From the NCBI GenBank assembly GCA_963816145.1, contig CAWFJP010000001.1, positions 352,001 through 416,000 on the forward strand: 64,000 nucleotides of DNA, given 5' to 3'. Numbering within the stretch: position 1 is the stretch's first letter; the number at the start of each line of letters is the position of its first letter. The notes under the pieces are model-generated. The model did no database searches. It saw only the letters and a program-made list of their open reading frames with translations, and was not told the origin of the DNA. Source of the DNA: an uncultured delta proteobacterium (GTDB taxonomy: Bacteria; Desulfobacterota; Binatia; UBA9968). The position numbers were made by a program, and so were the translations under genes. This document shows positions 19,639 through 29,559 of this stretch, in pieces.

Positions 19639-20664
19639 ATGAAACCATCGTTCCTAGCTGTCATCGTCCTTCTCAACATCACGGCGGTGCAAGCCCAGAC
19701 GCCGTTTTTCCAAGGCAAGACAATCCGCATCGTCACCGGCTACCCCGCCGGCGATGTCAACGACCTCTGGCCCCGGCTCATCGCCCGCCACATGGGCAAG
19801 TATATGCCCGGCAATCCCAGCTTCATCGTGCAGAACATGCCCGGCGCCAGCTCGATGATCGCGGCTAATTACGTCTACGGTGTCGCCAAGCCCGATGGTC
19901 TGACACTCGGCTGGATCGGACCGACGCTCTATTTCGACCAAATGGTCGGCCGCAAAGAAGTTAAATATGACTGGGCCAAATACAACTTCATCGGCTCGCC
20001 CTCACCGAGCGAACACCATCTCTACATGCGTAGCGACAGTCCGTACAAAACCATCGAAGACGTGCGCAAGGCAAGCGAACCGCCAAAGTGCGGTTCGGGG
20101 GGCGCCGCCGGCACCGGCTATTTTTTTCCCAAACTGCTCGAAGACACTGTCGGCGCAAAATTCAATATCGTGTTGGGCTACCAGGGTGGCGGCCCCATCG
20201 ACCTCGCCGTGGAAAAAGGCGAAATCCACTGCCGCGCCATGACCATCGAATCGTTCATGGCTCGTGAACCGTTCCACACTTGGCGCAAAAACAATTTCGT
20301 CCGCAGCCTAGCGCAATCCGGCCGCAAGCGAGACGCGCGCCTGACCGACACTCCAACCATCTATGAACTCATGGACCAGTATAAGGCTTCCGAACAATCA
20401 CGCCGAGTCGCCACCGTCATCCTCGCCGGCGGGGTCTTCGGCCGTCCACTGGTCGGCCCCGCCGGCATCTCGCCGGATGTAGTAAATACCCTGCGCGCCG
20501 GCATGGCCAGCGCCCTCAAAGACCCCGAGCTCAAAGTCGAAGCGGAAAAACGCAACTACGAGCTCGACCCCGTTGGCGGCGATGAAATGCAACGCCTTGC
20601 TAAAGAAGTGATGAGTCAGCCGCCGGCGGTGTTGGAGCGGATGAAAAAGGTGTTAGGGGAATAA
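19639..20664 (+). CDS. Bug/TctC-family substrate-binding protein
   Basis: GYPAGD, VQNMPGA, KPDGLT and GYQGG motifs. Confidence 0.9.
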   Translation: MKPSFLAVIVLLNITAVQAQTPFFQGKTIRIVTGYPAGDVNDLWPRLIARHMGKYMPGNPSFIVQNMPGASSMIAANYVYGVAKPDGLTLGWIGPTLYFDQMVGRKEVKYDWAKYNFIGSPSPSEHHLYMRSDSPYKTIEDVRKASEPPKCGSGGAAGTGYFFPKLLEDTVGAKFNIVLGYQGGGPIDLAVEKGEIHCRAMTIESFMAREPFHTWRKNNFVRSLAQSGRKRDARLTDTPTIYELMDQYKASEQSRRVATVILAGGVFGRPLVGPAGISPDVVNTLRAGMASALKDPELKVEAEKRNYELDPVGGDEMQRLAKEVMSQPPAVLERMKKVLGE

Positions 20665-20675
20665 TTCCGGGCCTT

Positions 20676-20889
20676 TCACCACGTACAGACTGTGTCGCAA
20701 CTGTCATTTCGAGGTGAAGCCGAGAAATCTTGTCTTCCTATGTAGCTGAAAACACGAGATCCCTCGCTGCGCTCGGGATGACAGATGTGGGGTATTTGCG
20801 CATTACGACACAGTCTCGTAGGCACGAAGGACACGAAGGTTTCGGAAGAAAATAACTCCAGACTTCGTGATCTTCGTGCCTTCGCGGTT
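20676..20889. repeat. Family-B palindromic repeat (TCACCACGAAGGCACGAAG...CTTCGTG) interrupted by a MITE
   Basis: Removing 20686-20820 restores tcaccacgtaggcacgaaggacacgaag, matching the intact copy at 29459. Confidence 0.75.
20686..20817 (+). mobile_element. 132-bp MITE copy 1 (IS1182/IS5-like ends) with an internal family-C REP doublet
   Basis: Ends CAGACTGTGTCGCAA / TTACGACACAGTCTC; 3-bp duplication GTA at 20683-20685 and 20818-20820. Confidence 0.85.
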
Positions 20890-20902
20890 ATTCCGATCTT
20901 GG

Positions 20903-21692
20903 TCATCTACTGACGAACCCATGTTTTCTGAGGAACGCGAGCACATGCTCGTCAAACGTCGCCGGATCCTCTAAACAGCACGCATGTCCCGCGCCCGGGA
21001 TGGTTCGGTGTTCCGCGCCGGCGATGCGCGTGCTCATGTCTTTGCTGCGTTTAAGCGAATTGTCGAACTCGCCGTTCATTATCAGCACCGGCATTTTCAG
21101 CTCGGGTAAGCGCGCGGTCAGGTCGCGGTTCTGCAGGGCATTGAAAATCTCCACGATGGCCGGCGCGCTGAGCCGCGAATCCATCTCGGTGTGCATGCTC
21201 AGTAGATAACTCCCCAATTTTGTCTGGGGAAATTCCTTGCTGACCAGGTCGGTGAGGTGTTGAATGTGAAACTTACCGACGCCTTGGTTCATGTATCCGT
21301 CGATGCGGCTCTGGTATCGGTCCCCCGGCATGCTGCTGCAGCCGACGAGAATCAAAGCTTTGAACAGCTCTGGGTGATCCAGGCCCAGCTGCAGGCCCAT
21401 GACGCCGCCGACGCTGACCCCGGCGAAGACCGCCTCGTTCGCTCCTTCTTGTCGGCACACGGCGACCACGTCTTCACAGAGATCAGTCATCGTGACCGGT
21501 GTCGCCGGCTTGTCGGAGTAACCATAGGCGCGCAGATCAACGTTGATGACTTTCATGAAGGTTGAGAAGTGTGCGACTTGATAGAGAAACATGCGCCGGT
21601 CGAACGGGTTGGCGTGCGTCAACACCAGCGGATATCCTTCGCCGGAAACTTCGTAGTAAGTTTTAACGCCGTTTCTAGCTGCTGTAGGGCAT
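20903..21692 (-). CDS. Alpha/beta hydrolase; frameshift near 21684
   Basis: Removing one base gives MPYAARNGVKTYYEVSGEGYPLVLTHANP; DLRAYGYS, GVSVGG and GAGH motifs. Confidence 0.85.
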
Positions 21693-21771
21693 ATGGGACC
21701 CCGATAATAGCCGTCGTCTTATGAATGAATGAGATTCTTTTTGGAGTAATAACTCTTTGCTGCGTGCTGCT

Positions 21772-22019
21772 CCCCATCTTACTTCCTCCCCATCGACGGG
21801 GGAGGACAGAGGTGGGGGTGCCCGTCAATTTCAATGACGTGCGCAGCACTCCCATCCTTACCTTTCCCCGTCGGAGGTTGTGTCGTAATGCGCAAACGCC
21901 CCACATCTGTCATCCCGAGCGCAGCGAGGGATCTCGTGTTTTCAGCCACATACGAAGAAGAGATTTCTCGGCTTCACCTCGAAATGACAGTTGCGACACA
22001 GTCTGTCGAGGGAGAAGGA
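21772..22019. repeat. Family-A palindrome doublet; the second unit is interrupted by a MITE
   Basis: 21772-21818 is intact; 21861-21873 plus 22009-22018 reconstitute cctttccccgtcgagggagaagg (compare 25758-25780). Confidence 0.75.
21874..22005 (-). mobile_element. 132-bp MITE copy 2, inverted relative to copy 1
   Basis: Near-identical reverse complement of 20686-20817; 3-bp duplication TCG at 21871-21873 and 22006-22008. Confidence 0.85.
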
Positions 22020-22079
22020 ATTGTAAAGAAAAATCTGCCGGTAGAAATTTCGGACGAAACCTCCACGCATCCGCTCATG

Positions 22080-22907
22080 CTAATCGTTCGCGTGAGCCGC
22101 AAACGTCGCCGAGTCTTCGTTGGTGATTTGCAGGCGGAAGCCGCTGGGCTCACGGAAGTAAGTCCCCAGTTGCCCCGGCTTTCTGCCAGCGCGCTCGCCG
22201 TGCTCGTCGCGCTCCTCGATGCCGGCGGTATGGAGCTTGTCGACGATGGCGTGGAAGTCGTCGTCCTTCACGTAAAAAGCGAAGTGCCGGCCGCGCCAGG
22301 TCGCCTTGGTGACATCGCTGAGCACATCGACCTTGTTTAGAATTACGCTTTGCCCCGACGGCACGACGATTTCGGCCATGGCGTTGTTCTGCGTCCGCGC
22401 GGTGCAATTCATGAAGCGCTTGTAGAACGCCACGCTGGCGCCGATATCGGTGCTGTCAAAGTGCAGATGGTGCAGGCGGGTCTTGGCTATGCCCGGCGTC
22501 TTGGTGATTTCAAAAAAATTGCCTTCCGAATCTTGGAACACCAAGCCATCGCTCCAGCAGCAGCCCGCGCCGGCTTCGCTCTTGAGTTCCCTGACGAATG
22601 GACTGGTCTGGCGAATCCGCTGGACCATGCCATCGTATTCGGCGTCCGGCACTTGAAACGAATGACGCGGATACGAGTTGACGCTCTCGCGTTTCGGCAG
22701 CTGGTTCGAGCCCTGAGAAAATAGCCCGATATGATTTTCGCCGAGTTTCATGAATATCCGAGTCATCCTCGGCTCGTTTTCCGATTTCAACGTCCGCGCT
22801 CCCATGACCTCGGTAAAAAACTTCTCGGCCCGCTCGGGCTCCATCACCGCGACCACGAAATGATCGATATGACGCACATCGCCATTGGCTTTAACATTGT
22901 CGCTCAT
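22080..22907 (-). CDS. Two-domain VOC family protein
   Basis: HIDHFV, DSEGNFFEI, RLHHLH, HFAF and EPSGFRLQI motifs. Confidence 0.85.
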   Translation of the reverse strand: MSDNVKANGDVRHIDHFVVAVMEPERAEKFFTEVMGARTLKSENEPRMTRIFMKLGENHIGLFSQGSNQLPKRESVNSYPRHSFQVPDAEYDGMVQRIRQTSPFVRELKSEAGAGCCWSDGLVFQDSEGNFFEITKTPGIAKTRLHHLHFDSTDIGASVAFYKRFMNCTARTQNNAMAEIVVPSGQSVILNKVDVLSDVTKATWRGRHFAFYVKDDDFHAIVDKLHTAGIEERDEHGERAGRKPGQLGTYFREPSGFRLQITNEDSATFAAHAND

Positions 22908-22929
22908 AACTTTGTCTCCTTTTTCAAGC

Positions 22930-24027
22930 TCATTTCGGTTGTAAAGACTGCTTGGATTCTGCTTCGGGAAACACGACGATACGGTCCTTCGGCAAATAAG
23001 CCGTCACACCGCCTGCCGTCTTGGCCTCATCGGGTAAACTCTTGACGTTAAGAATTCGCTCGCCGATCTTGACTTCGCGCATGACATGATCGCCAAGAAA
23101 AAACGACGCGACAACATTGCCCGCTCGGCAGTTTTCCGCTTCAGCCGGCGCCGTGCCTAATTTGACATCTTCCGGGCGAATGCCGACGACCACGTTCCCT
23201 TCATACTGCCGCGCCGCGGCGATGACAAGCGGACCGATTTCGGTGTCGACTCGTCCGTTGGCAAGCACTTTGCCATGCAACCAGTTGATCGAACCGAAAA
23301 ACTCGGCGATCTGCGAATTCGCCGGCGACCGGTAAAGCTCGAAGGGATTGCCAATTTGTAGAATCTCGCCATGGGCCATGACCGCGATGCGATCGGCCAG
23401 CACCATCGCTTCGACTTGATCGTGAGTCACATAGAGCGCAGTGATGCCCAACCGACTGGCGAGCTTTTTGATATTGGTGCGCACCTCTTCGCGCAAGCGC
23501 GCATCCAAATTGCTGAGCGGCTCATCCATCAGGAGCAGCGCTGGGTTAACCGCCAAAGCGCGCGCCAGCGCGACCCTTTGCTGCTGCCCGCCGCTCAACA
23601 AGCGCGCCGGCCGATTCTCGAAGTCGTCCAATTGCACCAAGCTGAGCGCGTGGCGAATCCGCGCCTGCGCTTTGCTCTTGCTCAGCCGCGAGCGACCATG
23701 GGTCAGCACCAAGCCGATATTCTCCGCCACGGTCAGATGCGGCCAAATGGCGTAGGATTGAAAGACCATGCCGATCTCGCGTGCTTCGGGCGGCTCGGAG
23801 ACGCGCCGGCTGCTGGAGAAAACGGTCTTGCCGTTGAGCGAGATCTCGCCGCCGTCGGGCTTTTCCAGACCGGCGACGCTGCGCAGAAGCGTCGTCTTGC
23901 CCGAGCCGCTCGGCCCGAGCAGCACGAAGAACTCGCCGCGGGCGACTTCGAGGTCGATACCCTGAAGCGCCGCCACTGCGTGATCGCCGGATTGAAAATT
24001 CTTGCGCAAACCGGTGATCGAGATCAC
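22930..24027 (-). CDS. ABC transporter ATP-binding protein (FbpC/PotA type, TOBE domain)
   Basis: GPSGSGKT, LSGGQQQR, LLLMDEP and VTHDQ motifs; GTGA overlap with the permease stop. Confidence 0.93.
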   Translation of the reverse strand: MISITGLRKNFQSGDHAVAALQGIDLEVARGEFFVLLGPSGSGKTTLLRSVAGLEKPDGGEISLNGKTVFSSSRRVSEPPEAREIGMVFQSYAIWPHLTVAENIGLVLTHGRSRLSKSKAQARIRHALSLVQLDDFENRPARLLSGGQQQRVALARALAVNPALLLMDEPLSNLDARLREEVRTNIKKLASRLGITALYVTHDQVEAMVLADRIAVMAHGEILQIGNPFELYRSPANSQIAEFFGSINWLHGKVLANGRVDTEIGPLVIAAARQYEGNVVVGIRPEDVKLGTAPAEAENCRAGNVVASFFLGDHVMREVKIGERILNVKSLPDEAKTAGGVTAYLPKDRIVVFPEAESKQSLQPK

Positions 24028-25724
24028 GACACCTCCGTGAAGCGGCTGCGTCGGCCGTAGTATAGATAAACCATCACCGCCGGCAGCATGAAGGCGAGCA
24101 CCACGAGATTCGCCGCCGCCGCTTGATTGAGACTGCCACCCAACCACAAACCCCAAACGATCATCGGCAGCGTAACGTTGCCCTGGCTCGTCACCAGCAC
24201 CGACGCCATGGTCAGTTCGCGGAAGCACAACAGCGCCATCCACAGCCAGGCGTAGACCAACGCCGGCCGCAAAAGCGGCAACAAGATTTTGCGCATCACC
24301 TGCCAGAGCGGCAATCCGCCGACAAACGCAGCCTCTTCCAACTCGGGATGAATCTGCGCCAACGAGTTATTGATGATGCGGGTGGCGAAACTAATTCGGC
24401 TGATGGTGTAAACGATAATCAAAATCGCCAAGCTGCCGTAGAGCGAAACCACATCGCGCAACAGAAACAGCGACGCGAACACCGCGGCGATGGCGAGAAT
24501 CAAATGCGGTACAGCATGGGGCAAAAACGCCACGGCATCGAAGGCCACGCGCCACTTGAGTCCCGAACGCAGCACGGTCCAGGAAATCGCCAAACATAAA
24601 ACCAGCGTCACGGTCGGCACCGTCACCATGAGCAACACCGTATTCCAGGCGCCGTGGAATAGCAGATTCCACGGCAGGCTGTAAAAATTTTTGAGGGAGA
24701 CTTGCTCCAACGCCGCCCAAGAGGGCGGCTGAAAATAGCGCAGGAGAGACGCCCAGACCAGCAGAAGAAACGGCAACAGCTTGGCAACGGCAAAGAAGCT
24801 GCCAAGGAAAAACCAGGCCAAAAGCCAACCGCGCCGGCCCAACTCCACCAGCCGCGGCCGGTAGCCCTTGCCGGTGACCACCGCGTAGCGATGGGAAAAC
24901 TTCAAGGTGCGAAAATAGCCCCAGCTCAACAGCAGAGCCAGCACAACCAACAAACTGCTCACCGCCCCGGCCATGCCGTAGCTTGGCAGCTCTTCCTGCG
25001 GTTGGATTTTGTAGAAGATGAAAGTCGAGAAGGTAAAGATTTTGTTCGACATGCCGATGATCGCCGGCACTTCGAAGGCCGACAAGCTGATGGTGAAAAT
25101 ATAGATCGATGCGGCGATGATGCCGGGGAAGGTCAACGGCAAAGTTACATGGCGCAGCGTGCGCAAAATTCCCAGTCCATGCACCCGCGCCGCTTCTTCC
25201 AGCGCCGGGTCCATGCTGCGGTAGGTCGCGACGATCATGATGAAGGCGATGGAAGAAAGCCCCAACCCCTCGACCCAACCCATGCCGACCAGCGAAGCGA
25301 TGTTGAACGGCGCCTGCTCCAGACCGAACAGTTCGATCAAATACTTGTTGATGATGCCGATGCGCGGATGCAGCAAAAACACCCAGCCCATGGAGGTGAA
25401 AAACGTCGGCACCAGCGCGCCAATGGTCACCAGAGCATAGATGAGATTCTTGCCGGGCAAATCCGTGCGCTCCGCCAGCCACGCCGTCGGCACGGCGAAA
25501 AACAGCGCGACTAAAACCGCCGTGGTCGCGAAACCTATTGTATTGAGCAGCGTGCGATAGGTGGAGCCGTCGGTGAACAGTTCGCGATAATGCTTCAGCG
25601 TGTAGACCACCGGATCGCCCGGGCTCCCCTGCCAAAATCCCATCCAGAAGATTACCAGCAGAAACGCCAACACCGGCAGCAAACTGGCCACCGACACGGC
25701 GACAAACAACCAGCGGCCTTTCAT
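24024..25724 (-). CDS. ABC transporter permease (fused two-module FbpB type)
   Basis: About 12 hydrophobic helices; two EAA motifs (LEEAARVHG, LEEAAFVGG). Confidence 0.93.
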   Translation of the reverse strand: MKGRWLFVAVSVASLLPVLAFLLVIFWMGFWQGSPGDPVVYTLKHYRELFTDGSTYRTLLNTIGFATTAVLVALFFAVPTAWLAERTDLPGKNLIYALVTIGALVPTFFTSMGWVFLLHPRIGIINKYLIELFGLEQAPFNIASLVGMGWVEGLGLSSIAFIMIVATYRSMDPALEEAARVHGLGILRTLRHVTLPLTFPGIIAASIYIFTISLSAFEVPAIIGMSNKIFTFSTFIFYKIQPQEELPSYGMAGAVSSLLVVLALLLSWGYFRTLKFSHRYAVVTGKGYRPRLVELGRRGWLLAWFFLGSFFAVAKLLPFLLLVWASLLRYFQPPSWAALEQVSLKNFYSLPWNLLFHGAWNTVLLMVTVPTVTLVLCLAISWTVLRSGLKWRVAFDAVAFLPHAVPHLILAIAAVFASLFLLRDVVSLYGSLAILIIVYTISRISFATRIINNSLAQIHPELEEAAFVGGLPLWQVMRKILLPLLRPALVYAWLWMALLCFRELTMASVLVTSQGNVTLPMIVWGLWLGGSLNQAAAANLVVLAFMLPAVMVYLYYGRRSRFTEVS

Positions 25725-25745
25725 ACTTTCTGCATTGCGTCAGCA

Positions 25746-25890
25746 CCCCTATCCTAACCTTCCCCCGTCGAGGGGGAAGGAATCGAAACAGAGTGTCGTC
25801 GTTGTTTTGTAACGCTCTTCAATTCGCACCGTCGACAAGCGAACCTTCCCTATTTCCTCCCCCTTGACGGGGGAGGATTAAGGTAGGGGT
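25746..25890. repeat. Family-A palindrome doublet (inverted pair)
   Basis: cccctatcctaaccttcccccgtcgagggggaagg and cctcccccttgacgggggaggattaaggtagggg. Confidence 0.75.
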
Positions 25891-25941
25891 GAAATCGCCG
25901 ACTAAACCTGGATTACGAACTACGTCAGACCGATCAATTCT

Positions 25942-26997
25942 TCAGTTGCCCGCCAAGATCTTTTGAAACTTTTGTCGGATGCGGCTGTGCTCCTCGGCGT
26001 TCTTCATGACATCCGACACCGAATACGAGGTGAACTTCACGCCGCGCTTTTCCTGCTCGGCGACAAACTTTTGCATCGGCGTGCCCTTGACCAGATGGGA
26101 GCTGCTGCGCTCGGTGTTGTAGAGAATATCCTGGCCGTCTTTGCTCAGCAAAAATGCCGCCAGCAAGGTTGCCGCGTTGGGGTTGCGCGCGTTAGTCGGC
26201 ACGGTCACATACCAATAAGAAAGGATGCCGGCGTCGCGAAACACCTGGCCATCCACCGGCCCGCCTTTTTCCTTGGCTTCCTGCGGCGCCGCGAGATCGC
26301 AGTTAAAGACCAGCATGGCGAACTCGCCGGCGGCGATGCGGTCGTCTTCGCCGCAGCGGATCAACCCGGAAACCTGCTTGACGAATTTTTCCAGGAACGC
26401 GGTGGTTTTTTCTTCGCCCCAGATCATCGACAGGCGATCGAAGGAGGCCGCGTACGGGGTCGAGGCGATCTTTCCCTTCCACTTGGGATTGAGCACATCC
26501 TCGACCCGCTGCGGGATATCCTTGCCGACAACCATCTTCGAGTTGTAGGTAAACCCCGGCGTGCGCGTCGTCACGATCAAGACCTTATTGTCGAAATCGA
26601 TCATCGGAGTCGTGATATGGTTGAAGGTTTTGCTCCAGTCGACGCTTTTGAGCGACATGCGCGCCACATGGTTTTCCGAGCCGACGAATAAATCGGTCGA
26701 CGACGGCTGCCCGGCCTTACCCTCTTGAATAATCCGGCTGGCAAACTGCGGCATGGCTGGACCGGGAGTGTATTTGAATTGAAGATTCAGTCCGTAGGTC
26801 TTGTTGAACGCCTTCTCCAGCGTCGCCGCCCCCTCGATGCCGCCCATGGTGCCGGTACCCCAGCTAAGAATCAGCTGGCCTTCCTTCTTCGCCGCCTCGA
26901 TCAACTGCGCCCGCGTCTGGGCAAAGCAATTGACCGGAATAAATGCAATCCCGATTATCAACGCGCTCAACAGCAAAGGGAATCTTACTCTAACCAT
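25942..26997 (-). CDS. ABC solute-binding protein (AfuA/FbpA-type), cognate to the adjacent permease/ATPase
   Basis: AAKKEGQL, DVLNPKWKGK and ARNPNAATL..FLLSKDGQ motifs; signal peptide. Confidence 0.88.
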   Translation of the reverse strand: MVRVRFPLLLSALIIGIAFIPVNCFAQTRAQLIEAAKKEGQLILSWGTGTMGGIEGAATLEKAFNKTYGLNLQFKYTPGPAMPQFASRIIQEGKAGQPSSTDLFVGSENHVARMSLKSVDWSKTFNHITTPMIDFDNKVLIVTTRTPGFTYNSKMVVGKDIPQRVEDVLNPKWKGKIASTPYAASFDRLSMIWGEEKTTAFLEKFVKQVSGLIRCGEDDRIAAGEFAMLVFNCDLAAPQEAKEKGGPVDGQVFRDAGILSYWYVTVPTNARNPNAATLLAAFLLSKDGQDILYNTERSSSHLVKGTPMQKFVAEQEKRGVKFTSYSVSDVMKNAEEHSRIRQKFQKILAGN

Positions 26998-27064
26998 GTC
27001 AATCCTCCTCGCGGTAAACGAATGGAACTATTGGAACGGCTGGAACCCCTGGAACTCCCCAGAA

Positions 27065-28027
27065 TTAGAGATTCATCTTCTTCCCCAGCCCGCGCTTCAC
27101 CGCTTCATCGTAAAGCCAAGCGGCAAACGCCATATCGCCGTAGCCGCCCTGGGATTCGCGAAAAATATTAATCTCATCGCGGTCGGCGCGCCCGACCGCC
27201 TGGCCGGTGATCACTTCGCCCAGCTCAGGGACTCGGCTCCAAGAAAGCTTTCCTTCGGCGGCGAGTTCGACCAACGGCAGCGCCGCCGATTTATCGGCGT
27301 AATTGCGCTCCTGCTCCTGGCTGCCGACCACGGTGCGCCCGGCTTTCAAGTGCAAATCCCGGCTGATCTCCGTGGGCTTGCCCATGCTGCTGACATGGGT
27401 GCCGGCGTCGACCCAATTCGCCGGGAATATCGGCGTCAGCGAATTGGTCGCGGTGAGGATTACGTCCATGTCGCGCACGGCTTCTTCCGCCCTGTCGACA
27501 CCGCGCACGCTGATGCCAAGCACATTCTCGCCCTGCTCGCAAAATCTCTTGCGCCGCTCGGGATCGCGGCTCGACACGTAGATCTCTTTGATCGGCCGCA
27601 CCGATTGCAGAGCTTTGATAATCCCGAAAGCGTTGCGCCCAACGCCAAACAGTCCGAGTTTCTTGGAGTCGTCACGCGCCATATGTTTGGCAGCGATGGC
27701 GACCACCGCCGCCGTGCGCAGCGTGCCGAAAGGAAAACCCATGAACGCCAACAACTCGCCGCTCTCGGCATCGAACAGCGTGGCATACATCTTATCGCCG
27801 CCGCCAAGCCCGCTGTTTGGTCCCAGGCGCACACCGACGCGCTTTTGCTTGAGCACCGCGCCGGAGACGATGCGCAAAGTTTTGCTCGGCCCGACGGTGA
27901 TGTTATACGGCGCATGGGCGACAATCTGCCCCGCCGCCTGCTGCCGATGCGCATCCTCGATCAGCTCGATTGCCTTCGGTAGATCGAGCAACGGCGTCAA
28001 TTCATCACGACTAAGTAATAGAGGCAT
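27065..28027 (-). CDS. Ornithine cyclodeaminase/mu-crystallin family protein
   Basis: LRTAA, FGVGRNA Rossmann motif, ILTATNS and GTHVSSMG. Confidence 0.88.
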   Translation of the reverse strand: MPLLLSRDELTPLLDLPKAIELIEDAHRQQAAGQIVAHAPYNITVGPSKTLRIVSGAVLKQKRVGVRLGPNSGLGGGDKMYATLFDAESGELLAFMGFPFGTLRTAAVVAIAAKHMARDDSKKLGLFGVGRNAFGIIKALQSVRPIKEIYVSSRDPERRKRFCEQGENVLGISVRGVDRAEEAVRDMDVILTATNSLTPIFPANWVDAGTHVSSMGKPTEISRDLHLKAGRTVVGSQEQERNYADKSAALPLVELAAEGKLSWSRVPELGEVITGQAVGRADRDEINIFRESQGGYGDMAFAAWLYDEAVKRGLGKKMNL

Positions 28028-28048
28028 ATATCTCTCCGCTTTGAATAC

Positions 28049-28202
28049 GTTCCAATCGTTCAAGCCGTTCAATCGCTGCGCTCCGTTCAAATCGTATCGG
28101 AGGTTTCAAACCTTGTACGCTCCGGCTCTTTCCTCCCCCGCACCCGCGGGGGAGGATTAAGGAGGGGGTCGAACGACTTGAACGTTTGGAACGTTTGGAA
28201 CC
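28049..28202. repeat. Composite: family-E 9-mer arms enclosing a family-A palindrome
   Basis: gttccaatcgttcaagccgttcaatcg... cctcccccgcacccgcgggggagg ...ttgaacgtttggaacgtttggaacc. Confidence 0.72.
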
Positions 28203-28206
28203 GCGG

Positions 28207-29425
28207 TTACGTCCGCGTAACCGCTAATTCATGCGGCCTTTTCCCCAGCCGCCGTCCGCCGTTCTCGGTCACGACCACGGTGTCGCCCCACTGGCAAATA
28301 TACTCGCCGTCCGCCGAGATCGCCGACGGCTTGCAGATGAAAACCATATTCTCGCGCATCGCCACCGCCAACTGGCGCGGGCTCTTGGCGTGGGGCGTGA
28401 TAATCGGGCCGTCATCACCCTGCCCGCGCCCATGCATGTTGAGTTCGCCGCGCGCCCCCGCGGCCGGGCCGCTTTTCGGCGCGGCGTTTTGCGCCGTCGA
28501 TTTGGTCAACTCGGCGAGTTCGCCGACGGTGACGCCCGGCTTCAAGTTTTCCACTACGCGATTGAAAACCTCCCGCTGCACTTTGACCAGTTCGGCTTGA
28601 ACCGGATCGATGACTTCGACATAGACCGGCTGCACCGCTTGGGCGCGATAGCCGATCCACGACGCTTCGATCTCGTTGATGATCGCGTCGCCGCGCTCCA
28701 GCAGGCGCATGCTCGGCCGGGTCAGCGTGCGCTTGGGGTTTTTTCCCGACACCCAAAAGCAATGCACCGGTAGCTCGGAGCCGTTGCGCGTCATGGCGTA
28801 ATGCATCGCCGCCCACACTTCCCAGTCCTTGACGCCAACTTTGGCCGCTTCGATCTCCGCCTCGATCGGCCAGCTCGTTGATCTCCATCGACTTGGCGAG
28901 GACGTCGATCTCTTCCTGACTTTTCACATAACGCACTTCGTCGAGGATCGCCGTGGCGTCGACCAGTTGCGCATGGGGAAAGGCTTCGCGAATCTGCTTC
29001 CAGGTGCCGTAAAAGATCGTGCCCTCTGGCGTGCGCGTGCCTTCGACTTCGCCGAGACCGGTGATGCCGATCCGGCCGCGGTCGAGCTTTAATTCTCTCA
29101 AACGTTCGACAATCACCCTGCCGTAATTGCGCCGCGCCTCGCGCACATCGACAACCCAATCCTGCACCGTCGGCCAGCGCGGCGCCGCCGAAGTCGCGAT
29201 CACCGTCACCGCCCCTTCTAGTGGCAACACCGCCGCCAAATCCGGTTCACCGCCGCCGCAGTGAGTCAAATAGCGCGTGTTGGCTTGATAGTCAGCCGAA
29301 TGGCCGCTGTTCTGCGGAGTGACGATGACGTCGAGATTTTGCTGCCGCATCAACTCGCGCACAGCCTGCCAGCGCCGGTCGCGCTCAGCGAGTGAAAAAC
29401 GTGGATAGGGATAGAGTTCAGCCAC
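28207..29425 (-). CDS. M24 (creatinase/aminopeptidase-P fold) protein; frameshift near 28868
   Basis: Creatinase-N region (ERDRRW, RYLT) and RYVKSQEEI in 28415..29443; pita-bread C-domain (GDAIINEIEA, GDTVVVTENG) in 28207..28818. Confidence 0.85.
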
Positions 29426-29458
29426 AAAAATTCCTAGAAACAACTCGGGAAGGTAGTC

Positions 29459-29538
29459 TCACCACGAAGGCACGAAGATCACGAAGTTCGGAATGCTTGT
29501 TGTCCGAAACCTTCGTGTCCTTCGTGCCTTCGTGGTGA
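29459..29538. repeat. Intact family-B long palindrome
   Basis: tcaccacgaaggcacgaagatcacgaag ... cttcgtgtccttcgtgccttcgtggtga. Confidence 0.82.
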
Positions 29539-29559
29539 ACATTCCGATTGCCTCGGCAC

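Noticed and set aside
20686-22005. Composite transposon formed by two inverted MITEs around the hydrolase gene
   Set aside because: Each copy has its own target duplication (GTA, TCG) and host repeat, indicating independent insertions; there is no shared outer duplication.
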